Assembly (NCBI GenBank): GCA_050115495.1
Contig: JASFQK010000036.1
Location: forward strand, 11,216 to 75,215
Length of the DNA: 64,000 nucleotides
Source of the DNA: Phycisphaerae bacterium
GTDB taxonomy: Bacteria > Planctomycetota > Phycisphaerae > UBA1845 > Fen-1342
Direction: 5' to 3'
The translations under genes were made by a program, and so were the position numbers. Position 1 is the stretch's first letter; every line of letters begins with the position of its first letter. The notes beneath the pieces are model-generated. The model had not been told where the DNA came from, ran no database searches, and saw only the letters and a program-made list of their open reading frames with translations. Of the stretch, positions 40,790 through 52,113 are shown piece by piece.

Positions 40790-43144
40790 CTAACTCTCGG
40801 TGGCCGCCGGACTCGCCGATCGGTCGGCCAGTTTCCAGGCGGCGATCCAGGCCTGCCCGAGGGCCAGGCCGCCGTCACCGCTGGGGACTTGTTGATGATA
40901 CAGGACGTCGCCGCCGTTCGCCGCGAGGATTTCCACGATCCGGGCGAGCAGTCGGCGATTGGCGAAGCAGCCGCCGGAGAGGGCGAAGGTTCGTACGTGG
41001 CGCTGGCGGGCGGCGCGTTGGGCGGCGTCGGCGAAGAGGCGGGCGATGGTCTCGTGGAAGCGGGCGGCGTTGAGCGTGGCGGATTCGCCGGCTTCGCGGG
41101 CGAGGACGAGGGCGCGGATGATGGCGCTGGGGGAAAGGCGAGTCTGTCCGTCGGCGGACGGCGTCGCGCAGGGGTACGGTGCGGCGGGGCCGATGTGCTC
41201 GTCGGCGGCTGCTTCGAGCGTCATGGCGGCTTCGGCTTCGTGTCGGTTGCGCTGGCACAGGCCGAGCAGGAAGCTGGCGGCGTCGAAGACGCGGCCGAGG
41301 CTCGAGGTCGGCGGGGCGTTCAGGCCGGCCCGCAGTTGTTGTTCGATCAGGTGCGGCGTCGGCGGCGGATCCGCGTCGGCCGGCCAGTGTTGGAGCCAAG
41401 CGTCGCCAAACGCCTGCACGAGCAGGGCTGCCGCTGGCCGCCAGGTTTCGATGGCGGCGGCGTCACCGCCGAGCAGGGGGAAGTATTCGAGGTGGTCGAC
41501 GCGTTCGAACGCGCCGCGGTGGCAGTAGAGCACCTCGCCGCCCCAGACGGCGCCGTCGGTGCCGTAGCCGGTGCCGTCGCAGGATAGGCCGATAACCGGG
41601 CCCGGCGTGTCGTGCTCGGCCATGACGGCGGCGATGTGGGCGTGATGGTGCTGCACGGCGATGGCGGGGACGTTCATACCCTGCGCGTAGTGCGTTGACA
41701 GGTACGCCGGATGCTCGTCATGTACGACGACGTCGGGCGTGAAATCGAACAGTTCGCGCAGGCGGTCGATGGCGCGGACGAAATGGCGGTACGTCTCCGG
41801 GTGCGTCAGATCGCCGAGATGCTCGCTGAGAATCGCCTGCCCTTCGCCGAGGAGGCAGACGGTGGACTTCAGCTCGGCGCCGACGGCGAGAATCCGGCGG
41901 TCGCGCACGGTGGCCAGTGCTCCGCCGGCGGCGAAGGCGGCTGGTCGTAGCGGCTGCGGGGCGTAGCCGCGGGCACGACGCACGGGAATCGTCCGCTCGG
42001 CGAAGGTGAACACGACTGAATCGTCGATCGGCCGGAAGATCTCGCGATCGTGCATGAGGAAGGCGTCGGCGACGGTGCCCAACTCGGCAAGGGCGTCTTC
42101 GTCGCGGTAGGTCAGCGGCTGGCCGGCGAGGTTGGCCGAGGTCATCACCAGCGGTCCGAGGCCGGCGGCGAAGAGCAGGTGATGCAGCGGGGCGTACGGC
42201 AGCATCACGCCGAACGTCGCACAGCCCGGGGCGACCGCCGGCGCGAGGCCGTGTTCGGCGGCCTGCGGGGCGAGGACGATCGGGGCGGCAGGCGACGCGA
42301 GAGCGGTGACGTCGGCGGGGCTGAGCCGGCACATGCGGCGAGCGGCGTCGACGTTGGGCACCATCACCGCCAGCGGCTTGCCGTCGCGCAGCTTCCGCTC
42401 GCGCAGCCGCTCGACCACTTCCTGCCGGTCAGCGCGGCAGACGAGGTGATAGCCGCCGATGCCCTTGATGGCGACGATGCTGCCGTCGCGGAGCAGGGCG
42501 GCGGTGCGGGCGACGGCGTCGCCGGGAATGGGCTGGGTTTCGGTGCCGACGAGCCGGCAGAGGCGCAATCGCGGGCCGCAGACGGCGCAGGCGTTGGGCT
42601 GGGCGTGAAACCGCCGGTCGAGCGGATCGCCGTACTCGCGGGCACAGGGGCCGCACATCTCGAACACGGCCATGGTCGTCGCCGGCCGATCGTAGGGGAC
42701 GGTGCGGATGATGGAGTAGCGCGGCCCGCAGTTCGTGCAGTTGATGAATGGGTAACCGGCCCGGCGGTCGCGCGGGTCGAGCAGCTCGGCGAGGCAGTCG
42801 GCACACGTGGCGGCGTCGGGCGTGACGTCCGGCCGGCGGTCGGCGTCGGCCTGCGAATGGCGGATGTGGAAGCCCTGCTCGCCCGAGGCGGCCAGGTCGG
42901 CGGTCTGCATCTCGGCGATGCGGGCGAGCGGCGGCAGCCGGTGGACGAGGTCATGCTCGAAGGCGGCCACGCGGTCGGCGGGTCCTTCGATCTCGATCAC
43001 CGCGCCGTTCGTGTTGTTGGCGACGTGCCCGGCGAGGGCGTGCTCAACGGCCAGCCGGTAGACGAACGGGCGGAAGCCGACACCCTGCACCTGCCCCCGC
43101 AGGTCGAGTCGGCGGCGCAGGATGGCGTCGGGCTGAGATGGCAC
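40790..43144 (-). CDS. hypF: Carbamoyltransferase HypF
   Basis: VQGVGFRPF, CxxC zinc fingers (CTNCGPR), KGIGGYHL, QHHHAH, DGTGYG, DGGLALGQ. Confidence 0.97.
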   Translation of the reverse strand: MPSQPDAILRRRLDLRGQVQGVGFRPFVYRLAVEHALAGHVANNTNGAVIEIEGPADRVAAFEHDLVHRLPPLARIAEMQTADLAASGEQGFHIRHSQADADRRPDVTPDAATCADCLAELLDPRDRRAGYPFINCTNCGPRYSIIRTVPYDRPATTMAVFEMCGPCAREYGDPLDRRFHAQPNACAVCGPRLRLCRLVGTETQPIPGDAVARTAALLRDGSIVAIKGIGGYHLVCRADRQEVVERLRERKLRDGKPLAVMVPNVDAARRMCRLSPADVTALASPAAPIVLAPQAAEHGLAPAVAPGCATFGVMLPYAPLHHLLFAAGLGPLVMTSANLAGQPLTYRDEDALAELGTVADAFLMHDREIFRPIDDSVVFTFAERTIPVRRARGYAPQPLRPAAFAAGGALATVRDRRILAVGAELKSTVCLLGEGQAILSEHLGDLTHPETYRHFVRAIDRLRELFDFTPDVVVHDEHPAYLSTHYAQGMNVPAIAVQHHHAHIAAVMAEHDTPGPVIGLSCDGTGYGTDGAVWGGEVLYCHRGAFERVDHLEYFPLLGGDAAAIETWRPAAALLVQAFGDAWLQHWPADADPPPTPHLIEQQLRAGLNAPPTSSLGRVFDAASFLLGLCQRNRHEAEAAMTLEAAADEHIGPAAPYPCATPSADGQTRLSPSAIIRALVLAREAGESATLNAARFHETIARLFADAAQRAARQRHVRTFALSGGCFANRRLLARIVEILAANGGDVLYHQQVPSGDGGLALGQAWIAAWKLADRSASPAATES

Positions 43145-43236
43145 AGTTTCCTCTCGGGCGGCGGCTCATGAGATTGTACAGGGGGATGGGTGGATGCAAG
43201 CCCCCGGCGGCGGCCAGTCGGGCGCGGGCCCGATTG

Positions 43237-43343
43237 GTAGGGCGGGTTTCACCCGCCGTTTGTTCCGTTGGCGGGGAATTCGTTTCGTTGGCGGAGGCTT
43301 GTCAGGTGCGCGCAAGAGGATCGGCGGGCAGAGCCCGCCCTAC
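43237..43343. repeat. Inverted pair of GTAG REP-like hairpins (REPIN-like)
   Basis: GTAGGGCGGGTTTCACCCGCCG at 43237 and reverse-oriented GTAGGGCGGGCTCTGCCCGCCG ending 43343. Confidence 0.75.
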
Positions 43344-43730
43344 GGTGCGGTATGTCGTGCAGGGGAAAAGGTTCAGCAGGAGCACGGCGGGCTCGGCCTT
43401 GACTGACTCCCTCCTCACTCTGTTCCGCCGGCTCCTGCTGGAGAGCCGTTTGGAGATTGCGTCATGGCGTCCGTTCATCACCGGCCAGGCCGAATGGGCT
43501 AGCGGGGAGGGGCCGCTGCCGGCGGGGGCGACTGAAGTGCCCCGAAGACGTTTGTACACCAGGTTGTAGGAGCGCGCCGCGGCGATAGTCCACACCCGGG
43601 CGCGGGTTCTCGCGACATTGTGGGCGATCCGCCGATAATGGCGTCGCTGAGCCGTGAGTGCGCGGGGGGCGCAGCGCCGACAGGGCGCGCGGAATCTCCA
43701 CAATTCGGCGATGGTGGATCCGTCAGACCA

Positions 43731-45078
<1,348 letters not shown>

Positions 45079-45104
<26 letters not shown>

Positions 45105-46305
45105 CGGCACTCCCTCCCGAGGCCGGCTGCTGCCGCGGCAGATCCACCGTGACCTCGGTTCCCTCGGCGACGGCGCTGCGGATGGCGATCCGCCCGCCGT
45201 GCATCTCGACTATCTTGCAGCAGATCGGCAGCCCCAGGCCCGTGCCCTTCGCCTTGGTCGTGAAGAAGGGTTCGAGCGCCCGGCGGCGGACCTCCTCGTC
45301 CATGCCGTGGCCGTGATCCTGTACGGTCAGCCGCACACCGTCCTCACTCGTCGTCGTGACCAGCCGCACCAGGCCGTCGGTCGGGGAGGCCTGGGCCGCG
45401 TTGAGCAGCAGGTTGGTGAGCAACTGGTCCAACTGATGCTCGTCGGCCTGGATGGTCGGCAGCCGTTGGCTGTTCTCATACTCAAAGCGGACCCGCTGCA
45501 TCTCGGGCTGCTCGCGCAGGATGGGCAGCACGCGCGACAGCAGTTGCCCCAGGTCGCATTGCCGGAAGCGCGGCGGCTTCGGGCGGGCGTAGACGAGCAG
45601 GTCCTTGACCGTGCCGTCGAGCCGGCTCACCTGCCGCAGCACTTCGTCGAGCACCGGGCGGTGGGCGTCGTCGCGCTTGAGGCTGTCGCGGATGACCTGG
45701 ATGGCACCGCTGATGCCGGCCAGCGGGTTCTTGATCTCATGAGCCAGTGAGGCGGCCAACTGCCCGATCTGGGCCAGGTGCTGCGCCTCGCTCAAGCGGG
45801 CCTGGACGGCCTCACGTTCGCCGTGGCGGATCTGCTCGGCGTAGCTCTCCTGGTAGCTCTCGAGCATCATGGCCAGCTCGAGCATCAGCAGCTTGTGCAG
45901 TGAGACCAGCTTGGCCGTGGCGTCGGGCAGTTGCAGGCGGTGCACCCCGCGCTCGAGCTCGGCCCAGACGACCTGCATGGCGGCGACCATGTGGTGTTGG
46001 GCGAGTCCGGCCCGGGCGTGGGCCCGGCCGCTGTCGGCTCGGCCGGCCCAGTACGCCGCGTCGTACGTGCCCCCGAACAAGCCGGCGAGCCATTCCTCGA
46101 GCGTCTGTCGCAGCAGGTTGGCCTGCGGCGTCCCGCCGGCCACCACGCTGCCGGCGCCATGCTTCTGGAGAAACTCGCAGTAGAACCGCTCCAATGTCGG
46201 CGGCAGCAGCTCCGGCGCATGCGTGCCCAGAACACGGAGGTTCGCCGCGTCCTGTTCGTCGAACTCGACGCAGCGCATGAGCTCGCTGATGCCCAGATCG
46301 GCCAT
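45079..46305 (-). CDS. Globin-coupled (protoglobin) histidine kinase
   Basis: N-terminal globin with RFY (distal Tyr), W..LFGG.YD..YW, GRAHARAGLAQHHM (proximal His), LELAMML; kinase AHEIKNPL, PFFTTK, GTGLGL; no TM helix. Confidence 0.85.
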
Positions 46306-46610
46306 AGCACCCCATTGTAACGCGCATCTTACGGACGGCGAGGCGCGCGGCCGGGCGGCGCATCCCACACTGCAGAAGCCACTTACGCGACCGCGCCCGG
46401 TCCGGGAACCGCACCCGACCGGCCCGGCGGCACGACGGTTCGGATGACTCATGCCCGAGAATGGGGGAGATCCCTCACGGCCGGCGGTTTTTCGCCCACG
46501 CGATGTGCCCCGACCGGCCTGGCGCAGGCCGTTGGGGCATCCGGCGCAGCGGCGCGCGCCCGCGCCGGCCCTGCCAGCCGCCCGTGCGGGGCGGACCGGC
46601 TCCCTCAGCG

Positions 46611-46626
46611 TGGTACGTGGCGTGCA
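46611..46626 (+). promoter_or_regulatory. Sigma54 (-24/-12) promoter
   Basis: TGGTAC-GTGGC-GTGCA (GG-N10-GC) just upstream of GGGAG RBS and ATG 46651. Confidence 0.6.
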
Positions 46627-46650
46627 ATGCGCGGCCCGGGAGCGGCCGAG

Positions 46651-47055
46651 ATGCAGCCTGCCAAAGACCAGACATCACGAGACGGCGCGCCGGCCACACA
46701 CGGGCGTCTTCTTCTCGTCGAGCAGGATCAGCTCATGACCTGGTCGCTCACCCGCTATTTCCAACGCTGGTTCACGGTGGACGCGGCCGCTTCCGGCGAG
46801 GCCGCCGAGCAACTCGCCACCGCCCATGCGTTTACCGCGGTCCTCACGTCCGACGCCCTGCCCAGCGAGCGGGCCAGCGCGATCCACGAACTCGTGCGGC
46901 AGCGCAACCCCGTGGCCACCGCCGTGCGGCTGGTGACGGCGGCGACCGAGACTCCCGCTCCCGAGCCACCCTGTCTGCAATTGGAGAAGCCGTTCGAGCT
47001 GGCCCGACTGGCCCGGCTGCTCGGTGTCTCTGAGGGTGAGATCGCCGCGACGTGA
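46651..47055 (+). CDS. Stand-alone degenerate receiver-domain protein
   Basis: LLLVEQDQLMTWSL, VLTSDALP, LEKPF. Confidence 0.65.
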   Translation: MQPAKDQTSRDGAPATHGRLLLVEQDQLMTWSLTRYFQRWFTVDAAASGEAAEQLATAHAFTAVLTSDALPSERASAIHELVRQRNPVATAVRLVTAATETPAPEPPCLQLEKPFELARLARLLGVSEGEIAAT

Positions 47056-47115
47056 TGTCTGTCTGAGCGGATCCCCCGAGCGAATCTCATGGCCGCCGGC
47101 GCTGGCTGGCGGTAG

Positions 47116-47172
47116 AAAGAAACCGGCCGGTCCGCGCGCCCGTGGGGCGCTGTGGACCGGCCGGGTTGTTGT
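47116..47172. terminator. Probably bidirectional terminator between convergent genes
   Basis: AAAGAAA-CCGGCCGGTCC...GGACCGGCCGG-GTTGTTGTT. Confidence 0.65.
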
Positions 47173-47176
47173 TGGA

Positions 47177-48889
47177 TTAGGCGGGGGTGAATTCGTAGGG
47201 CCGATAATCCGGGAACCACATGTTCGCCCGAACGAAGTCGTCGATCTGGTCGTCGGGGATCAGGCGGCCGATGTTCAGCCGGCGTGCCTCGCGGATGACG
47301 TTCGCCGCGATGCGGGCGCTGATCTCACGCAGCTTCCCCTGATCCGGGTACAAGGCGTGGGCGTCGAGACGGTCCGGCGTGATGCAGTCGGCGAGCGTCT
47401 TGGCGGCCACCATGAAGAACGAGTCCGGGACCTCGTGGGCCTCGGCGAGGATGGCGCCTAGGCCGACGCCGGGGAAGATGAAGACGTTGTTGCCCTGGCC
47501 GATGACGTGGGTCTTGCCGTTGTGCGTGACCGGGTCGAATGGGCTGCCGGTGGCGACGAGCGCCCGGCCGTCGGTCCAGGTGATGGCCTCCTGCGGCGTG
47601 CATTCGGCCTTGGAGTTCGGGTTGCTGAAGGCGAAGACGAGCGGCCGTTCGACGTGCTTGGCCATCTCGCTGACGATTTCCTGTGTGAAGGTGCCGGGGC
47701 GAGCGGTTGTGCCCAGCAGGATCGTCGGCTTGACGCGCTTGATCACTTCGAGCAGGTCGTGCGGGCCATCGCCCTGGAAGCCGTAGGCCTTCATATCTTC
47801 GCGCGTCATGGCGAAGGGACGCTTGTGCGGGTCGCGGATCTGCGTGCCCTCGTGCACCAGGCCGGCGGAGTCGAGGAAGGCCTGAGCCTTGTGGATCTTG
47901 GCCGCGTCGTCCGTCTCGTGCGCCATAGCCGAGGCGACCAGCCGGCCGATACCCACACCCGCGGCGCCGGCGCCGGCGTAGACGATGCGCTGGTCGGAGA
48001 GCTTCTGCTTGGTAATGCGCAGGGCGCCGTACATGCCGGCCAGGGCCACGCCCGACGTGCCCTGGATGTCGTCGTTGAAGCAGGGGACCCGCTTGCGGTA
48101 GCGGTCGAGGACCATGAAGGCGATGTTCTTGTGGAAGTCCTCCCACTGGACGAGGGCGCGGGGGAAGACCTCCTTCACGCCGCCGACGAAAGCCTCGATG
48201 AACTGCTCGTAGGCCTCGCCCCGCAGCCGGCGATGCCGCCAGCCGATGTAGTACGGGTCGTCCAGCAGGCCGGTGTTGTCGGTGCCGACGTCGAGGCTGA
48301 TGGGCAGGCACTGCGAGGGGTGAATGCCCGCCCCGGCGCAGTAGAGGGCGATCTTGCCGATGGGAATGCCCATGCCGCCGGCACCCTGGTCACCCAGGCC
48401 GAGGATGCGCTCGTTGTCGGTGACGACGATGAGGCGGATGTCCTGGTTGGGGAAATTCCGCAGGATGTCGGCCATATCGTTCTGGTCGGGCGGGGTCAGC
48501 CACAGGCCGCGAGCCTGGCGGAAGATGTGGCTGAACTGCTGGCAGGCCTGGCCGACGACGGGCGTGTAGACGATCGGCATCAACTCGGCGGTGTTCTCGA
48601 CCAGGACGCGGTAGAACAGCGTCTCGTTGCGGTCCTGGAGGGCGGCGAGGCCGATGAACTTCTCCAGGTCGGACGGCTTGGCCCGGACGTGCTCCATTTC
48701 GAGAGCCACCTGCTGCTCGATGGTGAACTGATGCGGCGGCAGCAGCCCCCGCAGCCGCAAGGCCTTGCGCTCATCGGCGCCATAGGCCAGGCCCTTGTTC
48801 AGCAGCGGATCGCACAGCAGCGGTCGACCGATGCAGGACACCCGCATCTTCTTGGCTTTCCAGTCAGCTTCGCTATGGCAGTTGTTCAT
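47177..48889 (-). CDS. maeA: NAD-dependent malic enzyme
   Basis: [60 protein letters not shown]. Confidence 0.93.
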   Translation of the reverse strand: MNNCHSEADWKAKKMRVSCIGRPLLCDPLLNKGLAYGADERKALRLRGLLPPHQFTIEQQVALEMEHVRAKPSDLEKFIGLAALQDRNETLFYRVLVENTAELMPIVYTPVVGQACQQFSHIFRQARGLWLTPPDQNDMADILRNFPNQDIRLIVVTDNERILGLGDQGAGGMGIPIGKIALYCAGAGIHPSQCLPISLDVGTDNTGLLDDPYYIGWRHRRLRGEAYEQFIEAFVGGVKEVFPRALVQWEDFHKNIAFMVLDRYRKRVPCFNDDIQGTSGVALAGMYGALRITKQKLSDQRIVYAGAGAAGVGIGRLVASAMAHETDDAAKIHKAQAFLDSAGLVHEGTQIRDPHKRPFAMTREDMKAYGFQGDGPHDLLEVIKRVKPTILLGTTARPGTFTQEIVSEMAKHVERPLVFAFSNPNSKAECTPQEAITWTDGRALVATGSPFDPVTHNGKTHVIGQGNNVFIFPGVGLGAILAEAHEVPDSFFMVAAKTLADCITPDRLDAHALYPDQGKLREISARIAANVIREARRLNIGRLIPDDQIDDFVRANMWFPDYRPYEFTPA

Positions 48890-48979
48890 GGATGAATGCT
48901 CCGAGTGTCTCCGGGTCGTGAGGACGTCCGCCGCCAAGATGGGGGCACAGGTGCATATCGTCCCCGGATTGCCCGCTAT

Positions 48980-48995
48980 TGCAAGTGGCGCGCCA
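48980..48995 (-). promoter_or_regulatory. Sigma54 (-24/-12) promoter of malic enzyme
   Basis: Minus strand TGGCGC-GCCAC-TTGCA, near-consensus, about 90 nt before ATG. Confidence 0.7.
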
Positions 48996-49110
48996 GCGGG
49001 ACGGTTCTCGTCGGCGGCCCGTTCGTTTCCGGCGTGGCTCGGGCCGGCTATACTCCGGCCTGTGGAACGGAGCCGTTGCCTCACTGAACCCTCCGAGGAG
49101 TGCAGAGAGC

Positions 49111-51981
49111 ATGCTACGCAGCACACTTACGAACGTTGTTCGCCTGTCCGTTCTCCTCTTCGCCGCCCAGTGCCTGGCGCAAGAGAAGCTTCCGACCGAT
49201 TCCCGTGTACAAACCGGTCGGCTGGACAACGGCGTGAGCTGGGTCTATCGCCAGCACGCCACGCCGCCCGGCCGCGTCTTTCTGCTGGTCCATGTTCGCA
49301 CCGGCTCGCTGAATGAGACCGAGGCCCAGCGCGGCCTGGCCCATTTCATCGAGCACATGGGCTTCAACGGCACGGAGCACTTCGCCCCCGGCGAGCTGAT
49401 TCCCTACTTCGAGAGCATCGGCATGGAGTTCGGGGCGGACGTCAACGCCTACACCAGCTTCGACCAGACCTGCTACATGGTCTTCCTGCCGGACACCAGC
49501 ATGGAGGAGATCGACAAGGGTCTCATGGTGCTGAGCGACTACGTGTTCCGCGACCTGCTGCTCGAAGCCGAGATCGACAAGGAACGCGGCGTCATTCTCG
49601 AGGAGCTGCGCGGTGGGCAGCGGGCCGAGCAGCGCATGCGTGACGAGCTTTGGCCCAAGCTGTTCGCCGGCTCGCGCTTCGGCCAGCGCATGGTCATCGG
49701 GACGGAGGAAGTCATCCGCGGCGCCGGACGGGATGAGCTGGAGCGGTATTACCGGACGTGGTACCGACCCGAGAACGTCACGGTGTTCCTCGTTGGCGAC
49801 GTCGAGCTCGACCCGCTGATGTCCGTCGTGCAGAAGTGGTTCGGCGAGTACAAGCCGGAGGGGCCCGCCGAGAAGGCCCACGGGCCGGAGTTCAAGCCGT
49901 TCACCGAGCAGCGGGCGATCATCGTGACCGATCCGGAGTATGCCCGCGGTGATTTCGCCGCCATCAACCTCCGCCCCGGCCGCCAGCCGCCCACGACCGT
50001 GGATGAGTGGCGCGGCGAATTGGTGGAGCATCTGGCCTGCCGGATGGTCACGCGTCGGCTCGAGGAGCGCGTGCGGCAGGGTGAGGCGAGCTTCCAGGAA
50101 GCCGGCTTGTGGGCGGGCAGCTTCTTCGACGAGGCCGTCCTGGTGAGCGCCCAGGCTTCCGGGGAACCGCGGGATTGGGAGGCGGCGGCCCGCGAGGTCG
50201 TGATCGAAATCAGCCGGGCCCGGCAGTTCGGCTTCAACGAGCGTGAGCTGGAGCTGGCCCGGTCGGAACTCCGCGCCGCCGCCCAGCGAGCCGTGGATAC
50301 CGAGAATACGCGGGACGGCCAGGCCATTCTCTTCGAGCTCTCCCGCCTGTGGCACGAGCAGCAGCCCATCATGACCGCCGCCCAGGAGCTCGAGCTGGTC
50401 GACCGGCTGCTGCCCACGATTACGCTGGCCGAGCTCAACCAGGTGTTCGCCGACTACTTCCGCCCGGGCACGTTTGCCTACGTGCTGGAGTTCCCCGACA
50501 AGCCTGACGTCAAGGTGCCCACCGAGGATGAGGTCCTCGCCGTGGCGCGGGCGGCTTTGTCGGAACGTGTTGAGCCCCCGGTCGAGAAGAAGGGGCCGGG
50601 TGACCTGCTGGCGGCGGAGCCGGAGGCCGGCCACGTGGTCGAGTCCACCGTCGACGAGGACCTGGGCATCACGAGCGCCTGGCTTGAGAACGGTGTCCGC
50701 TTCCATCACCGCTACATGGACTACCGCAAGGACACCGTGCTGATGAGCATCAGCCTCGCCGGCGGGCAGATCGAGGAGACGCCGGACAACATCGGCGTCA
50801 CGGCCGTCTCACTACTGGCCATCAACCAGCCGGCGACCAGCCGCCTCAGCTCCAACGACGTCATCGACATCATGACCGGCAAGAACGTCGAGGTGCGCGC
50901 CGTTCCCGCCGAGGATGCCGTCGTCATTCGCATCCAGGGATCGCCGGCGGACCTGGAGGATGGTCTGCGGCTGGTCTATGCCCTGTTGCAGGACGCCAAG
51001 CTGGAAGAGGCGGCGTTCACGACGTGGAAGCAGTCGCTGCTCCAGCGGCTGGCCATGGCCCAGCAGCGGCCGGATTTCAAGGGCTTCGAGGCCATGCGTG
51101 AACTGATGGGCGGCGGCGATCCCCGTCTGGCCATGCCGACGGCGGAGCGCGTCGAACGTCAGACCGTCGCCGGCGGGCAGGCCTGGATCGAGCGTCTGTG
51201 CAAGCAGGCGCCGATCGAGGTGGCCATCGTCGGGGACATCAAGCTGGACCGGGCCCAGTCGCTGATCGAGAAGTACCTCGGCTCGCTCGCGCCCCGCGAG
51301 CGCACCGCCGCCAACCTCGACCCGCTGCGCAAGCTGCACCGGCAGGCCGGCCCGCTGAAGCGCCGCGTCGAGGTGCCGACGGTCACCGACAAGGCCTTCT
51401 TCCTCTACGGCTTCATGAGCTGCGACGCCGTTGCGGTGGAGGAGTCCCGCCTGTTCCACCTCGCCGCCAACATCGTCACCAGCCGGCTGATCAAGCGGGT
51501 TCGGGAGGAGCTCAGCCTGGTCTACACGATCCAGGCGCAGAGCGAGCCCAGCATGGCCTACCTCGACAACGGGCTGTTCTTCTCCTACTCCCCGTGCGAC
51601 CCGGCGAAGATCGACGAGGTCGTGGCCGAGACCGAGCGCGTCTACCGCGAGTTCGCCGAGAAGGGGCCCACCGACGAGGAACTGGCCAACGCCCGCAAGC
51701 AGGTGGAGACCGATCTCGACACGGATATGAAGGAGCCGGAATACTGGTGGGGCGTGCTCCAGGGTCTCGAGCAGCACAAGATGGAGCTGGCGCCGCTGAA
51801 GACGATCCGGGCCGACTTCGCCGGCTACACGGCGGAGCAGGTGCGGGCGGCGTTCGCGAAGTACTACACGCCGGAGCGGACGTTCGTGGTGACCGCGGCG
51901 CCCGTGCCGCCGCCGGCACCGCCGGCGCCGGTCGAGCCGGCGGAGGCGCCGCAGGAGGTGGAAGAGGCTCCGACGCCGTAG
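49111..51981 (+). CDS. Secreted M16 zinc protease (PqqL-like)
   Basis: Signal peptide; [15 protein letters not shown] (HxxEH), [17 protein letters not shown], two-half architecture. Confidence 0.92.
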   Translation: MLRSTLTNVVRLSVLLFAAQCLAQEKLPTDSRVQTGRLDNGVSWVYRQHATPPGRVFLLVHVRTGSLNETEAQRGLAHFIEHMGFNGTEHFAPGELIPYFESIGMEFGADVNAYTSFDQTCYMVFLPDTSMEEIDKGLMVLSDYVFRDLLLEAEIDKERGVILEELRGGQRAEQRMRDELWPKLFAGSRFGQRMVIGTEEVIRGAGRDELERYYRTWYRPENVTVFLVGDVELDPLMSVVQKWFGEYKPEGPAEKAHGPEFKPFTEQRAIIVTDPEYARGDFAAINLRPGRQPPTTVDEWRGELVEHLACRMVTRRLEERVRQGEASFQEAGLWAGSFFDEAVLVSAQASGEPRDWEAAAREVVIEISRARQFGFNERELELARSELRAAAQRAVDTENTRDGQAILFELSRLWHEQQPIMTAAQELELVDRLLPTITLAELNQVFADYFRPGTFAYVLEFPDKPDVKVPTEDEVLAVARAALSERVEPPVEKKGPGDLLAAEPEAGHVVESTVDEDLGITSAWLENGVRFHHRYMDYRKDTVLMSISLAGGQIEETPDNIGVTAVSLLAINQPATSRLSSNDVIDIMTGKNVEVRAVPAEDAVVIRIQGSPADLEDGLRLVYALLQDAKLEEAAFTTWKQSLLQRLAMAQQRPDFKGFEAMRELMGGGDPRLAMPTAERVERQTVAGGQAWIERLCKQAPIEVAIVGDIKLDRAQSLIEKYLGSLAPRERTAANLDPLRKLHRQAGPLKRRVEVPTVTDKAFFLYGFMSCDAVAVEESRLFHLAANIVTSRLIKRVREELSLVYTIQAQSEPSMAYLDNGLFFSYSPCDPAKIDEVVAETERVYREFAEKGPTDEELANARKQVETDLDTDMKEPEYWWGVLQGLEQHKMELAPLKTIRADFAGYTAEQVRAAFAKYYTPERTFVVTAAPVPPPAPPAPVEPAEAPQEVEEAPTP

Positions 51982-52019
51982 GGCGTTCTTCCGGGGCGGG
52001 GGGATGAGCGTGCATAAAC

Positions 52020-52055
52020 GAGCCGGCCGGCGATCCGAGGATCACCGGCCGGCTC
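52020..52055. terminator. Long hairpin between convergent genes
   Basis: GAGCCGGCCGG-CGATCC-GA-GGATCA-CCGGCCGGCTC. Confidence 0.6.
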
Positions 52056-52113
52056 TGCTTCTATCTCCACCGGAGCGGGCTCAAGACCCTCGCTCCGGGC
52101 TGCCCTTCAGGGT

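Noticed and set aside
43302..43703. 133-aa minus-strand ORF between hypF and the activator
   Set aside because: No motif or clear RBS, runs through REP and hairpin sequence; better explained as regulatory DNA
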